The notes beneath the pieces were generated by a model. That model ran no database searches. It was not told the origin of the DNA and saw only the letters and a program-made list of their open reading frames with translations. From positions 82,460,001 to 82,524,000 of the forward strand of contig CM097888.1 in the NCBI GenBank assembly GCA_044892525.1: 64,000 nt of DNA, given 5' to 3'. Below are positions 1-14,400 of the stretch, one piece after another. The DNA comes from Schmidtea polychroa. Lineage: Eukaryota. The translations under genes were made by a program, and so were the position numbers. How positions within the stretch are numbered: the stretch's first letter is position 1; each line of letters begins with the position of its first letter.

Positions 1-933
1 ACCCTAATCAATCCAAACCTCAGTAACGCGCACACAGACGTGACAACAACTAATAGAACCAAGCACATACATTACATTATTACATCAGACATACAAATTC
101 CACGTGCAATAATATTATTTCAAACAGGTATTATTTACTATATCCTACACAATTAATTACTTTTGAATAAGTTTTGATTGATTTTCAATACTAAATAAAA
201 ATTTGTAAAATTATTTATTTTTGATTAGTTTATTTTATGTTGTCTAAATCTTAGCATTGAAAATTATTTTCCCAACACTCATAGCTGTAAGAATTATTAA
301 AATTTTCAATAATTTTTAGTAATTGTTTTATCTTTCATGTACAATATAGACATATTATATTAAAATAACATCTAGAGTGTTACAATTGCTCTGTCAAATT
401 TGAAACATTGGTTAGTTTAAAATAATTTTTCGTATTTTGTCATTTAGTAACTTGTATAAATAAAAACAATGTTCATACACATTTTATTTTTAAATAGAAT
501 TATTTTATGATTTTGAAGTGATTTCATATTGCACCACTGTACTTTTCAAACATATTATAGCAAGCGTGCAATTTATAGTCCATGTTTACATAAGACCTAT
601 GAATGGTCAAATTTACAAGTTACCTTTAAGACATTTCAGCTATCTTGAATTTCAGCTCTCACAATTCTGAAATATCGTTATAAACATAAATAGCTTTAAA
701 AATTGCTTACCTTCTTGTAGTGCCTCCACCATATATTTAAATATTTAATTTATTTAAGTTAATTTATTTAAATTAGATTTGTTTAGACTTTTAAAAATGC
801 AGAAGCACCAGAAGTAGCAAAAAATGAAGCACTTCGGAATCCTATTATTAGATAATATATTTATGGTTAATAGTATTTTATTCTCTATACTTCTGCTATA
901 ATTTTATTTAAATTAATAATATTAAATAAAATA

Positions 934-1150
934 CCGTATTAGCACGAATATAACGCGACAATTTTTAACATTTTATTTTTATTAAATTTTGGTTAAAATT
1001 AATTAAATTTATTGCCATGAATATAACCTATGTATTACTTTTAATAATTACCTAACCAAAGGCTTATCTGATTGAATTTCCCTTAATTTTAATTTTTTTA
1101 TGAGTATTTTTTTCTAAATTCGGGGTCGCGTTATACTCGGGCTAATACGG
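934..1150. mobile_element. Tc1/mariner-pogo-type MITE (217 bp)
   Basis: 26-bp TIR CCGTATTAGC(A/C)CGA(A/G)TATAACGCGAC with TA on both flanks. A second copy lies in opposite orientation at 16634-17526. Confidence 0.9.
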
Positions 1151-1288
1151 TAACAAGTTGTTAGAGTTTTATGTATTTTGAATGGGAACTTTTTTAAGTA
1201 GTCATTTGTATAATCTTATCAAATATTATAAAATTTTTATTTCATTGTAAAATCTTTTTAGAGATATTTATATATTTCAACAACTAAC

Positions 1289-4200
1289 TTTATCTGAAAG
1301 ATCTGGAAACGTCTTGGATTGGTAAGGAAAACTTTGGTCATCAACAATATGCCAATGGAAAACATTGAGTTTGCTAATAGACATTAATTCCTAGATGAAA
1401 TAAATAATTATATCATTAATATTTTTAGATGAGATATTACAATTTCAAGTATATGACATCACCATATTATTTAGGAATACATTTGTTCTTCTTTTTAATA
1501 GTATATTTTCTGCTATTTTGTTTGTGTATGGTGAGGTATTGGATGTGTTTGGACAGCAAATTCTTTATTCTACAAGAACGTTGTCATTGTTTATCTTGAA
1601 AGTTTAATTTTTTATTTATTTTTTGCCCTAATAATAGAGTACTAGTTTGACAAAGATTTTCATTTTCGACACCACTTCATTATCAATTCGTCATTACCGA
1701 GTGAGCGGCACAGAAATTGTTCGTCAAATTTAAAAGCAATAATATCTAACTCAATAACGTATCCCATTCTTTCTTTGATGTAGACAGTTTGAACTTGTTT
1801 TTGAAAGACACTGGACCCAAACAACGCTGGAGTTTGTCAATTTGTCGAAGTTCGAAAACATAGGAACGTCTGTGCTGGTTGAGTTAACAGCCTATGGATA
1901 ATCGTGGACACACATTAAAGTTCCCGTACCGCATTGATACTGGCGACAAAAAGGTGTCTTTAAATAAATTTTAAGCAAAAGAAAAAGTGCGTGGAGAGGA
2001 ACAAGCAACCAACGCCATTAATCAAGCAGAATCTTTATTCTTGAGTGTGATAGAACGTGGCCACATACACTAGGAAACAAAATAGTAAAAGTTAAAAGCC
2101 TTTATCCAATCAGGAAAAGTTGCCAAAATATAGTTTGGAGATGCAATTTGTTATAAATCAATTTGCCATGACAAACTCGTGTGTAGGTTTTTTGAAAAAT
2201 AAATTTTCAATTGTTGTCTCTTATTATTGTAATAATAAACGCGAAGATCTGGATGCTGAAATTTTCCTAACAAAAACATTTTAAAACTCAAAAAATTTGA
2301 CCTGAATAGCAAATTATTGCAGTTAATTATATGTTGTAAGTGTATTTGTTTTTCTCATAACTTATGTTAGATACTCTTTTATTCATGTGATATAAATTAA
2401 TATTTTTATTGAAAATATTGTCATTTATATAAATAGCAGTCACTTCAAAATTAATTTTTTTCATAAATTTAAAAATTCATTACAAAAAAAATTTGATATT
2501 TGTGATAAACATAAATCCAAATATTTATCTTAAAATAGAAGGAGATAAAGATAAGTGAAAATAAAATAGATAAAACTTGAAGAGATGAAAGATTTTAATA
2601 ATATTATATAAATGTGTTGGGTTATTGATTGGTGATAAAATTAGAATTCTTACTCTTACTCCAAGCGTGTCTTTGACTGACCCACAAATAACAATTAACA
2701 CTGGAAACTTTATTCAATATCACAAATATTTTCTCAATGATACAATTGACTCAACAAGCTAACTATTATACCGTGCTTATTACAACACTATGGTGAGGGA
2801 TAGCACACTCGTATAACTTTGATTTGACAAATCTCTCACAACTCATGATTGTAATAATTGGTCATTTTAACTGGTTGTTCTCTGATTTTGACTTCTTTTC
2901 TATTCTATTATCAACTGAATAAACTCTTGCTGATTCTCTTTAATTCTGTTTTCTTTTTAGTTTCTCTGTTTCAATTTTATTCAAATATTTCTTCTAAATT
3001 GTTCTCTCAATGGCTTCTCCAAACTGTTCGCTAATACAATTCTCCCACGTCTTCTTAATTTTTTAAATCGTCCTCTCTATACTTTCTCCGCCTGTTTCTA
3101 CTTTGCCACCTCCTTTTGTACCTCGTCAAAATTTGTGGCACTTCAGTTTATTTTCAATTCCACCATTTTTTTTTCAACATGATTTTCCAGTTTTCCCTGC
3201 GACCGAGTTATCTTTGATAGCTGTCACAATATTTATATTTCTTTCCTTTTGCGGCTCCGGCCTGTTTTTGTTTTGTTTCCCTTATCTCTGACAAGTTGTT
3301 GAGATAAGAATATTGTTGGTTTTCTGTTTTCCCGATTTCGAAATTCCTTTTCCTTTTTGTACTAATTAATTAGTACTGACCTTGTTTTTTATTTTCATGT
3401 TTGATTTCTTATAATTCCTTCCTCTTCCTTATTTCCCATTTCTTTTAGCTTCCGTTTTCTTTTCTGATTTCCCACAGATCGTCCCGTTTGTCATGACGAT
3501 CTCTCCACAGGTAATTTTATTTATTTGTTTATAATTTGTCATTTAGGTATCCTCAACAAATGTCTAAAATAATATTTATGTATATTGATGGTATTATTAT
3601 TAATTTTTATTATAAATTTTATGATATGATCAAAATGTCTCAACTCTGTCTCACCTACACAAATATTTCATGCCCTTTCCTTAATTTTAAAACAATGTTT
3701 CTTACAATATCTCCTAAATGAAAAAATTTGGACGATTTTTAAATTAAAGTTTTCTTTAGTTGTGACGCACTCACCAAGTTATCTAAAATTGTTTGGACTG
3801 GCAGAAAATGTCGAGAAGTATCCAACATTAGGCCTCGAAATGAAAATCTCGCTTGATCATACAAAATCGTTTCATTAATGCACAGCTAAAAATTGAGGAA
3901 TTATAACGTACTATTAAAACAAAATAAACATTACAGCTCCATTTCTAACTCGATAGGCCATTTGGAAAAGGGTTTGCAAAGCTCGTAAAATTCCCCAAAC
4001 CTCTTTCGATATAACAACAATCCCATCTTTGGTTACTTCCATTTGATCTGAAACACGAATATAAGAATAATAATAATAACAAGTTCCATATAATTACAAG
4101 ATTCATTCATGCTTTCAGTTGGCCAAATCTTTGTGTTTTCGTCATCTATGCAATCGGTGACCATTGATATAGAAATATTATTGAGAGATTGACTTATTGG

Positions 4201-4416
4201 CCCCTCATAATCGATATAAATTGAATTGTAAAGATATTTTGTAAATCTTTTTATTGCGTCATTCAATAAATTGCATTTTGGATACGGATTTAGAATTTTA
4301 ATATCTTCAACCAAACTGAAAACATTGCTACCTGAATAGATATAAAACGGCTTGGGGAGAGGATCGTATGCGTTGACATATACTAATATGCAAGCTGCAG
4401 TGAAATATTTCAGCAT
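1289..4416 (-). CDS. HEXA/HEXB: Beta-hexosaminidase (GH20), 5' part; exons 4416-4098, 4047-3935, 3885-3775, 1390-1289; remaining exons not found in the window (probably beyond the left edge)
   Basis: GT-AG introns of 50, 49 and ~2.4 kb join in frame. The spliced product has a signal peptide followed by [49 protein letters not shown] and [26 protein letters not shown], which are hallmark GH20 hexosaminidase motifs. Confidence 0.93.
2615..3558 (-). mobile_element. Solo LTR (944 bp) of an LTR retrotransposon, in hexosaminidase intron 3
   Basis: Ends TGTTG...CAACA with a 4-bp TSD AATG on both sides. Full-length homolog at 49972-50891. Contains the 18-bp palindrome GTACTAATTAATTAGTAC (3359-3376), conserved in both copies. 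Confidence 0.88.
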
Positions 4417-4869
4417 AATAAAAATTTAATAATAATTTGTATAAAATGGGAATTTTAATATTATCAATTTGAATCGTAGTCGATATATTAAATGATTGAA
4501 TTGAAAATTTTAAACAAATTCAAGAAATTTAATTAATTATTGAAAATTCTACAAATTTTTCCCACATATCTTTTTGGTTTAAATTTCAAGTAAAAATTGT
4601 TTACAAGATTGATTGAATAGTAAAAATTAATGAAAAAATTATTTATTGAGTTATACTTAAAAATGTTGCTAATTATATTTCTAAATTTGTATGATAAATC
4701 CTTGATTTTTTTTATTACGATTATAAGACGCAATAATGAATAATAATACGCGTTGTTTGAAAGAAATTATTTTTAATTTCTTTCTCTGTGATATTATTTT
4801 TCTTGTAATATGTAATCTCAAAAATTCATATTTTAGCTCTACATATCTGTGCCGTTTAAAATCGAGAAA

Positions 4870-5224
4870 GAACGATTAAAAAATAAACGAAAGAAAATTG
4901 TACTCACGATAAAAAAGAAACTTACATTAATTGAGAGATTTGAAAAAACGATTATTGGAAAATTTAAATTTTTTTGAAGACGTGTATAAGAAAAACATAG
5001 CGGAGTGGCTCAATCATGATTTTAATGATCTGGGCTTTGAACGCATGGACGATCCTGATATTGTTTCTCTTGTTACTCAAGAGAAGGAAAATGACAGTAA
5101 TACTACAAGCGAAGAAGACGTTAGTCATGAAACGGCATTGAATTGTATTGAAACATTGCTAGATTATGCTGAACAAAGGGTAACTGAATATAATAATGTA
5201 ATAGCTTTAAGAATATTACTCTAA
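4870..5224 (+). mobile_element. Internally deleted Tigger/Jerky-like (pogo family) transposase remnant
   Basis: N-terminal KRKKIVLTIKKKLTLIERFEK (CENP-B-like HTH start) joined directly to the C-terminal EWLNHD..GFERMDDPDIV..VSHETALNCIETLLDYAEQ typical of Jerky/TIGD proteins. The DDE core is absent. Confidence 0.7.
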
Positions 5225-5449
5225 TTCTAAGCTAACACATATTTAGGAAAAGTATTGTCCATTTTCTGGTCTAATACTATAGCGTTAAATTTCGGGAAAC
5301 TAACCTCCTCTTCTACCTTTCACCTTTGTCCGGCTGTTGGTGTATATTTGAACCAACCTTGACTTAATAATAAATCTTCAGTGCGAATTGAAAGAACTAA
5401 AAGGTCAAATTCGGTAGAAAGGCAAATTAAATTAAGTAACTTATTCTTA

Positions 5450-7108
5450 ATCACTATCACCAGAATGCAGCTCACCTAGTGTTTTTGCGTCCATTTCACA
5501 ATTATAGTTGCCGTCGTAATAAATATCATCATCATCATCCTCATCTAATGACACCTGCCCACCATCCCAAAATATGTCGTCCTTACTAACGTCCAAATTA
5601 TGCAATATGCAACATTCAGGAAGCCCTGTTTAATAATAGACGGATCTAATCCATTCCATGTCGAAAGTACCCATTCTGCAACTTCTAAGAGAGTTGGTTG
5701 ACGCATACGGCCACCTGCCGTATATGTGTGATTACCGTCGCCTAACCAAGCATTCTATTTACAACAGGTAGCTTCTTTCATCGGATTATTGAGAGAAACA
5801 GCTTAGGTTGAAGTAGGCGAGTACTGCCACCCGAAATAATGACCACATCCGACTTTATTTGTTTTATTTCCTTTTGAATAAAAGGCAGCTGATGACACCG
5901 ATACGAATCGAGCACCAACGTGGAGGATAATTGTTGTAGACCATTTGCACGATGCCCCAAAAGCGTTTTATCCAATCAATACTCAGTGCTTCATACATCC
6001 AGCCCTTCTCATGGACACGAATGTATACATCTTTTGGAAATTGTAGTTTTAGAAAGGTCTTCCTTTTAAAAACGATGTAAGATGGCAACTTTTCTCCATC
6101 TACGGTACAAGCCAGAATGTTAGTGAAATGAGACTTCTCATGTCCAGTTGTTCGAATTGACACAGTTTTTTCACCCTTAACGTTTATTGTAATGTTGTAT
6201 CGCATATCAAAAGTCAGGGGTGTTTGATCGGCTTTTCCGATCTGTGAAAGCTCATACTTGTGTTCCTTTCTCAATTTTAGCAAACTTTTGAAACTGCAGA
6301 AGTTTATCTTCCTGGTCGTTTGGAAGATGCTGCGCGATTTTGGCTCTTTTAAGAACAGAAAGCACATGTCGTTTCATGAAACGACCCATCCGTATGAAGC
6401 TTTGAATTCTATTACGTTCGCATGTGATATTTTAACTTCTAGAGCTTTAAGTCTAATTTCAATACATGAAACCCCGATGCCTTGTTGCCTCATATCCACT
6501 ATCCACTACATTAAAGTGTTTTCTATCTCTGGAAAATTAGATGGTAGGCATCGATTCTCATTCTTCTTCTTAGGCATGGTTTGGAGGGTTTCATTGTTTT
6601 TCTCCATAATCGAGCATTTGTTTAATTTATTGTAAAGTGGCATCATGCAGCTCAATTTTCGTGAGACTACATATTTAATAATTGATAGTTTTACTGCTGC
6701 TGTATAACACTGTCGTGAAGCCATTTTTAATTTGAACTCTGTTTCCGGTGAACTGAATACTTGTTTAATATCAAAAACGTGAATGAATCAATGAATGCAT
6801 GTGTGTAATAGTTTACCGTCTCTTTCAGCCCTAAATTTGGTGAAGCGATGCCTATTTTTGTTTACCAAAATTACTTGTCTTGTTAGCGTACCTCTCTCTT
6901 ACTACAGACACAAATAATCCATCTTTCAATGTCAACTTTAGTTTTATACATACATTTGATATGAAGAACATCTTCCAACGTAAAGTTTATCACAATATAC
7001 ATAAGTCTAAAACCATATTTTCTTTTGTACTCGAGTATAATACGCACCCTAATTTCTGCGGAGTGAAATGTGAAAAAAAGTGCGAATTATACTCGAAATT
7101 TTTTTCGG
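5450..7108 (-). mobile_element. Degenerate pogo (POGK-like) DNA transposon
   Basis: Fragments MASRQCYTAAVKLSIIKY, ADQTPLTFDM..SIRTTGHEKSHFTNILACTVDGEKLP, KGWM and W..GNHTYTAGGRMRQPT..VAEWV with an acidic tail. One TIR-like end (CCGAAAAAAATTTCGAGTATAATTCGCAC on minus) with TA at 7109-7110. Multiple frameshifts and stops. Confidence 0.88.
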
Positions 7109-7510
7109 TATCAATAAAAAAAAATTAATGAAATAAACCCATCTGGCTCGGGAAAACATCGTTACTATCACCTCGAAATACCATCTTTCCGAACTATCGT
7201 AGTTTTTATTTTTTTCTGCAAGTCTCCTAGAATTCATTTTATGGTTTTCAATTCCTCCATCCCGCTAAATCAAAAGGGAATTTGATTACTGCATGATATT
7301 TATAAATTTGTAGGTGCCTATCATACGTTCCTTTTCTGAATCTACTGCATTCCTCGGCATAACTAAGAACTATAAAATTTTTAAAATAAAATTTATTGTG
7401 AAAACGAAAATATTTTCTTGAATAAAGTTTAAGACTTTTTTGTCGGTGGAATCCCAACAATTACAAAGGTCAAAAATTAGAATTTAAACTATAATTTTGT
7501 TTCAGTAGTT

Positions 7511-8219
7511 TCAATGAGTGGCATGACATTGACTTTCACAGCAAATTTTTTCAATTCTTGGTTCAATCGTTGACAAGCAGACTCTCATTTCTTGATCAAC
7601 CATCAGCAATCTTTCTCGCTTCTTGGACTTGATTTCAGTCAGTGTTGAGAATCCTAGCTCACACAAATAGAAAGTTGCAAACGGCAGCAAAGTTTTTAGG
7701 TCTTTCAAGCACAATTCTGGATATGGACAATCAATCAACTGCTCTTCCTCAGAGTTCGACAAATCTTTATCAACGCAATTTCTAAACGGATTCAAAATTC
7801 AATCATATTGTTCGACATCCAGAAATGGAAAATATGTTTTCATCGATATTTGCAGATTGCTCAATGTCAACTTAACATCATCGACGATCACATTTTTGTT
7901 GTCAAATTTGTCCGTTAAAGAAAATGTTTCGAAACTTCCGGCAATCAGCTTGTAGCGTCAGCTTTTTTCAGTTTTTCTCAAATGATTTCAATTTTCCTGT
8001 TGTGGTTACCAGATTTTCATTCGGACCTTGGAGGGAGTTGTTGAGAATGTTGAACTTTTCGAATAAATCTGACAAAAGCGCTACTTTGAGCCACCAGAAC
8101 TCGCTGCGAATATCGAATTGTGTCGAAATTTCTCCAGTTTCTACGAAAGTGATGATTTCCACCTCCAAATGACACAAACGTTGTGTCTTACCAAAAGTAC
8201 ATTTACTTTTTAACCTCAT
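7511..8219 (-). mobile_element. hAT (Buster/ZBED5-SCAND3-like) transposase 3' remnant
   Basis: WWLKVALLSDLFEKFNILNNSLQG and the C-terminal LPFATFYLCELGFSTLTEIKSKKRERL..EMRVCLSTIEPRIEKICC..QCHATH of Buster-type transposases. Confidence 0.85.
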
Positions 8220-11200
8220 TTTTATTCTGTTATATTGTACATCTTTTGTACATCCTTTTGTTTTTGAGTATTGTTGAGAATTTTAGTTTGAGTTTTTCTC
8301 CTTTTTGGTTTCAGTTAGAATTTGTTTGGTGTTCGGCTTGTTGTTGTTGTCTTTGAGTTCTAATTTTTTGGTTAGAGCTTTTTCTTTTGAGAGTTTGTTG
8401 TTTGGCTGTTTGTATTTATATGATTATTTTAAACTTGGGTAGGAGTTCACTCTACCTAGTTTCTTCTTCATTTTGTTGTGGGTTCTCAGTTCGTTATTCT
8501 GAGTACCCGATCAGTTGTTGTTGCAGGTAGATGCTGTTGATTCTGCAACTACCTTTTGATAGGCGCAAATTTTTATCATCTCAATTAAACCGAAATTTGG
8601 ACTGTAAAATATAATTTTTAATTTTTTCTGATTCTCTTTTCTCCTCACACTTGGCTCTAAATCACTTGTCCTTTTTACTGCTTATCTTTTATTTCTTACT
8701 TTTTCAGTGATTTCATTTTGAGCATTTTCAGTTAATTTCTGAAATTTCATTTCCCTATTTTCACCAATTTTGTTGATTCGTTTATCCGCCTATGTTTTCT
8801 TATTACTTTTCCATCTCTAAGTTATCGTTTATAAGTGTTATTGGAACTAAATTTGTATGTTTTGCATTTTCCAATCATTGATTTTTTGTTTTAATTAGTG
8901 TTTTCAATAGTTTATCGTTTTCTTATTTTTTAATTTTAAATTTCTATTTTGTTTTACATTTTTCGTTTCCTAATCTATTTTTCTATTATATTTCGTTACT
9001 CTTTTATTTTATTATATATGGGTTTATTTATTTCTTATCTCTTATCAAATTTAAATTTTTCGCATTTTCATCGCGTTGTTTTCTCGTTTTATTTAAGCAA
9101 CAGGTTATTCTCCTTGTTTTTGCCCGACACTATTAGTGTTTAATTTGTATATTAAAATTGATATTAAATTATGTTAAATAATTTAAATTAACTAATTATA
9201 TTTGTAATCAATAGTTACATCAATATTAATAATTACCGTGCCTCAGTTGTTTAAACTTTCAGAAAATACGAGAAAATTTAAGTAGTATAGTGTAGGGTTA
9301 TATTTTTTTTTGTAATTAGGATTTATAGTAGATTATTAGTTTTGTTTTCGCGTACTGCGTAAAAAGATGAAAAATAAAAATCTATATAGCGATAATTTTC
9401 TATAGTAAATTTGAAAAATAGAAAAATCAATAAGAAGCCTAAGAATTGCAAAGTAATAAAACTACTGAAAACTGAAAATAAAATTGAAATCGGAAACAAA
9501 TATTATAAGACCAATACGAAACAAAATAATCCGAAGTCGTTCTTCTAATTTCAATCTACTGAATACAATTAGATTATTCATTATTACGAATACAGAACAA
9601 AATAGTCCGAATACAAATAATCAGAAGTGGTTCTCAGGCAATTTTCCTATAGAATATAATTGTCCAGCCAATTTTACAAAGTATTTATTTTTATTTGTTA
9701 ATAAAGTTTGTAATTTTGTTTTAGATTTTTTTTATCTTTTTTTTATTAATATATAAACAAGCATCCCAAATTTCCCGAGACAGTATTTTTTACAGGTGAC
9801 TCGGTTGGCTTCAACAAACTTCTAAATAATAGAAGAAAATTTAAATTTAATTGTGTCTAACAGTCATAATCAATATTGTTTTTTTTTCTATTACCAGGAA
9901 ATGATATCTCAAGCTAATACATCCTCTTTAATAATAATTTTCCACTTATTGTGAGTTAATTCCAAAAATTTCCATATGGTTCTTTATTCGAATTGTTTCG
10001 CTCTTTTTATATTTTACCTTCAGTTTCTTATTTCAATTTTTATTCCTTCATTTTACATTTGATTTTTGGCATTATAGTTTAAGAGTTCCTTACATTTTTC
10101 GATACTTTATACACCTTTCATAATCTATCATCTTTTTCCAAATTTATAAAAAGTTTTTAAATTGGAATTTTATTATATAAATCAAAATTACATTACACCT
10201 CTTTACTTCTCTTAGAATATGATAAATCGCTTGAAATATTCGAAAATTGCATATTTTTATAACTAGAAACGCATGTAAAAAATAATTGTAAACATAATTA
10301 ATGTTTCTTTGTGTGTATATTTTATTATAAGGTTTTATGTGTTGTACTTGTTGTATTTTATTTTTATCACAAAAATTATTTTTCTTTTTTTCTAAAGTAA
10401 ATGCACATAATTTATGACAATTTCACTAATTTTTTGTCATTATTTTGAGTAGAGGTGCATATTTATTCAATCAATAAATTAATTATATCTTATATTAGAC
10501 CTTAACTTGTGGTTATAATGCCCGTAATTTATGTGCTTTGAACTACCATTTGTGTTACACAAAGCAAGTAAAAAGATATTTTAATACAATTATTAATCAT
10601 TTTATATTAATCAAAATTTTTTAATTTTTACCAGCGTTGAAATACCTGGGTCTCACAAAGCTCCCCCGTTTCTGCTTAATCTTCAATCGAACTGGCTTAC
10701 CCTAACATGTTTGACTATAGTATAAAGTCCAACTGCGACCCTGCTTGATGGCATTTAATAACCATCACTTATCACTTAAGACTACCAGTTTAATTTCAAT
10801 TTTTAAAGTATCTCTAAAAATGCTCTGAGCATTTATAAGTTCAGTGTTACTAATTAGGAACTTCATTGACATTATTAAAATATACATTTCGTAAATTCTA
10901 TTTATATTTTCAAAAAAAAATTTTAAATTTTTTTAATTAATCCAAAATTTTTGGATAATATAAAAATTATAATTTACACACATCAAAGATAAAATGTTTG
11001 TAATATATACTTGATGTTGTCGACCAAATATTGAAATATAGTTCCTAAAGTAATATAATGATATTGGGATATTTTTATTTTCTTTGTGCCTTGTATTTTT
11101 TAATTCCTATAATTAGTGGGTATGAATACCTTCATTTTTGATTGATTATATTGATTGTCTGGGTCCTCAGATTATGACATTGCTTTATTAGACACATGCA

Positions 11201-11259
11201 GAATATAATGTCGAATTTCCTCAATATAATTTCTGACGTATTGTTTTTATAATCTTTAA

Positions 11260-11487
11260 CCACTTGCCGGGCGCGCGCTCAAATATGAGTGCAAAAAATG
11301 TGTACCATTTCGGGCGAGCGCTCACATGTGAGCGCAAACTCATATAGAAAAAATAGTGAATACAAACTCGGAAAATTAAAAAAAAATATATTTAGGTTAT
11401 ATTTTGATTATATACTATTAATTAATGATTTAAAAAAAATAGTTTTTTTTTGACCGAAAACATGAAAAAAAATCGCCCGGCAAGTGG
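11260..11487. mobile_element. piggyBac-type MITE (228 bp)
   Basis: Perfect 14-bp TIR CCACTTGCCGGGCG flanked by TTAA on both sides. Confidence 0.85.
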
Positions 11488-14400
11488 TTAAGCAATGTGT
11501 TTGAGAAGTTTTGGATTTAATATGTCTAACGTTTTGTTAATAAATAAAAACATCTATTATGGGCAAAATATTTATTTTGTGGGGGTTCCAAATTTTTAAA
11601 TTTCGTCACTGGTTGGAAGTGTTATTCTTGTTTATTGAAAGAGGAGTCTGAAACACCCTTTGTTGTTAATTGGTTCATTTAAATAAATCCAACTCACATA
11701 TACATATAAATATCTTCCTTATTAGATACACACAATACAAAGGAAGTGCTTCTTTTATTCCAAAGCACCAAAATGAATAAAATAACACACAAGAATGCGA
11801 GGAAAGTCCATTTAGATTTTGAAAAATGGTTGGAGAATTGAGTACACAATGGGGAATAATATAAGATGAATAGTCTTCTTTAAAATGTGCATTAAAACAA
11901 ATAAAAATATACGAGAAAAATACGAGAAATCCAGAAATCATTGTAATTAATAGGAGCAAGTGGAAATGGTAATTATGAAGGAGACACGTAAGAAATTATT
12001 CTATTTTCCCAAAGATGTGCCAGGAAGCCATAATGAGAAAATTGTCTAATTATTATCAAATTGGTTCAAAAATCATTAATTAAAATAATTGTAATAATTG
12101 ACTTATTTGCTCAGGTAAGGAAGAAGAAGATGAAATAAAGGTGAAAGAAGTAAACGCTAAAATATGTATAGGCACATAATACAAAGTTGTAAGGATAATT
12201 TAGAAAATAAAGTTAGTGTGCAAAATTTCTTTCAAAGGATAGAATAAAGGTTGATACGTATACTCGGTGCCAGCTAAAGCCACGCTATATATTATTACAA
12301 TTTGTTTTAAACATTTTAATTGTAAACATTTAATATTCAATATACACTCAAAGTGTTATCAATTTAGTCATTTGTTTATCAAAAAATATGTAAAGCCTTA
12401 GATAAACTGACTACTTACTTGTATATCAATTAAAACTAAACAATATGAATTTTTATTAATTATGTTTTAATTAAATATTTCCATACCCAACTTTATTAAA
12501 GAAAGATTTTGTTGATCTCATAAATCATTTCATTCAGAAAATAGAATCACCGAATTTGACAGGTTATAGCAGTCTCTCAGATTGCGACTAAGAATTATTT
12601 TTTTTCTCTAGAGAATTATAAAGCATTACCTCGATGTCTCCAAAAAGAGAAAGGTGTATAGTGCTATAGTGTTAACGAAAAGATATAAATTCGATGAACT
12701 TGTCAGTATGGTTAAAGAAAAAATTTACCATTCGAACGTTTAGTTTGCAATAAATGCTTTTTGAAAGATTAAAAGTTGGACTTCCATTTAATTTTATCTC
12801 AATATTATTAAACTATATTATGCATTAAATTGTATTATTTGTTATTGAGTAACGCATTTACAGAAAACGAGGCCCTTAGTGAAAATATTTTTGAATTCTT
12901 TTAAATTTCTAGATTTAGAGTCTAAGACTGGTGGTGGGCCAAAAGTCACCCAAAAATTCATGAAGTTTAAACACTAAAAATAACGGGATCAACACGTAAA
13001 CTGAAGCATATGAATTTTACAACTAACAAGTTTGATGTTGCTTTGCCTAAAAATGAATTATTAGCCAAAATAAATAAAAATAATTACAAATTACAATAAT
13101 ATACTTTTATGTGCATGCTAAAGTGTAAAAATATAAAATATAGTTTTTATTTAAAATAAGTCATTCAAGTCAAATTTCAAAAATGTCATTTTTTATAATT
13201 TTTTAAATTTCATTCATTTGGGTACCCTATTCGTACGCCTCCTAATGCGCCTATGCGTCAACGCGCCACTGGAGTTGAACAAGCAAACTGGATTTATGAA
13301 AAGTTATTTTGTGTAAATAAATCCAAATTGTTTTGAGTCTTGTTCTTTTCTAAAAGGTCACATGGAAATTATTAATTTCTTCTCTTTGGTTTTATAATAA
13401 ATGTAACAAAAAAGTCAGAATTTTGAATAATATATTTTGATATTTAGTACTGTGTATAATAAGAAACGTCGGTAGGTATAATATATGAATGTCAATTTTA
13501 TTAGACCTTTTCTGTACATTTTTATATGTTTAATGTTTTGATATCAAAGTTATGTTATTCGTTAAATTTGGAAAATATTTTCTGAAATTCTTTACAATTA
13601 GAACAAAATTATAACTTTCTAAAATAACGTATTGCAAAGAATAAGTTGAAAATTAATGAGAATAAANNNNNNNNNNNNNNNNNNNNNNNNNNNNNNNNNN
13701 NNNNNNNNNNNNNNNNNNNNNNNNNNNNNNNNNNNNNNNNNNNNNNNNNNNNNNNNNNNNNNNNNNNNNNNNNNNNNNNNNNNNNNNNNNNNNNNNNNNN
13801 NNNNNNNNNNNNNNNNNNNNNNNNNNNNNNNNNNNNNNNNNNNNNNNNNNNNNNNNNNNNNNNNNNNNNNNNNNNNNNNNNNNNNNNNNNNNNNNNNNNN
13901 NNNNNNNNNNNNNNNNNNNNNNNNNNNNNNNNNNNNNNNNNNNNNNNNNNNNNNNNNNNNNNNNNNNNNNNNNNNNNNNNNNNNNNNNNNNNNNNNNNNN
14001 NNNNNNNNNNNNNNNNNNNNNNNNNNNNNNNNNNNNNNNNNNNNNNNNNNNNNCAACTCTGAACTAAATTGATCAATTGATTAAACAATTGATAAAAAAT
14101 TAATAATAAAAATTATGTAATGGTTATGTAATCAGTTTTTATTAAGTGATGTATTTTATCCAATTGTCTGATACATATTATCATCTATGAACTATCTCTC
14201 GGCATACAAAAATAATGCAAGTCAGTTTGAATAAAGTTCATCTTGATTACTAATGATTTGTATCTCGAACTATATAAATACATATGTTTTTATTCAAACT
14301 ATAACATTTTGTATTATCATTAACAAATATATGAAGACCTTTTGCTGTGAAACTTCGAGTGATTACTATAATGTCAGCTGTACAATTGGCATTGTGTATG

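Noticed and set aside
520-760. Exon/intron-like pattern on the minus strand (44-nt GT-AG spacer), considered as the next hexosaminidase exon
   Set aside because: All frames hit stops after splicing, and there is no GH20 GIRVxPExDxPGH motif.
1640-2200. GC-richer segment in hexosaminidase intron 3
   Set aside because: Probably a TE relic, but there are no TIRs, TSD or recognisable protein motif.
3103-3291. 62-aa ORF and its counterpart at 50196-50507
   Set aside because: Both are Phe/Leu-rich antisense readings of the purine-rich solo LTR, with different frames and lengths in the two copies.
8220-9800. Strand-biased T-rich then A-rich region with small hairpins and ORFs at 8949-9143 and 9484-9756
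   Set aside because: Low-complexity compositional ORFs. No long inverted repeat or assignable element was found.
11675-12060. Hydrophobic minus-strand ORF (94 aa, extendable through one stop) resembling a GPCR or other membrane protein fragment
   Set aside because: No family motif I can name with confidence and no clear flanking splice structure.
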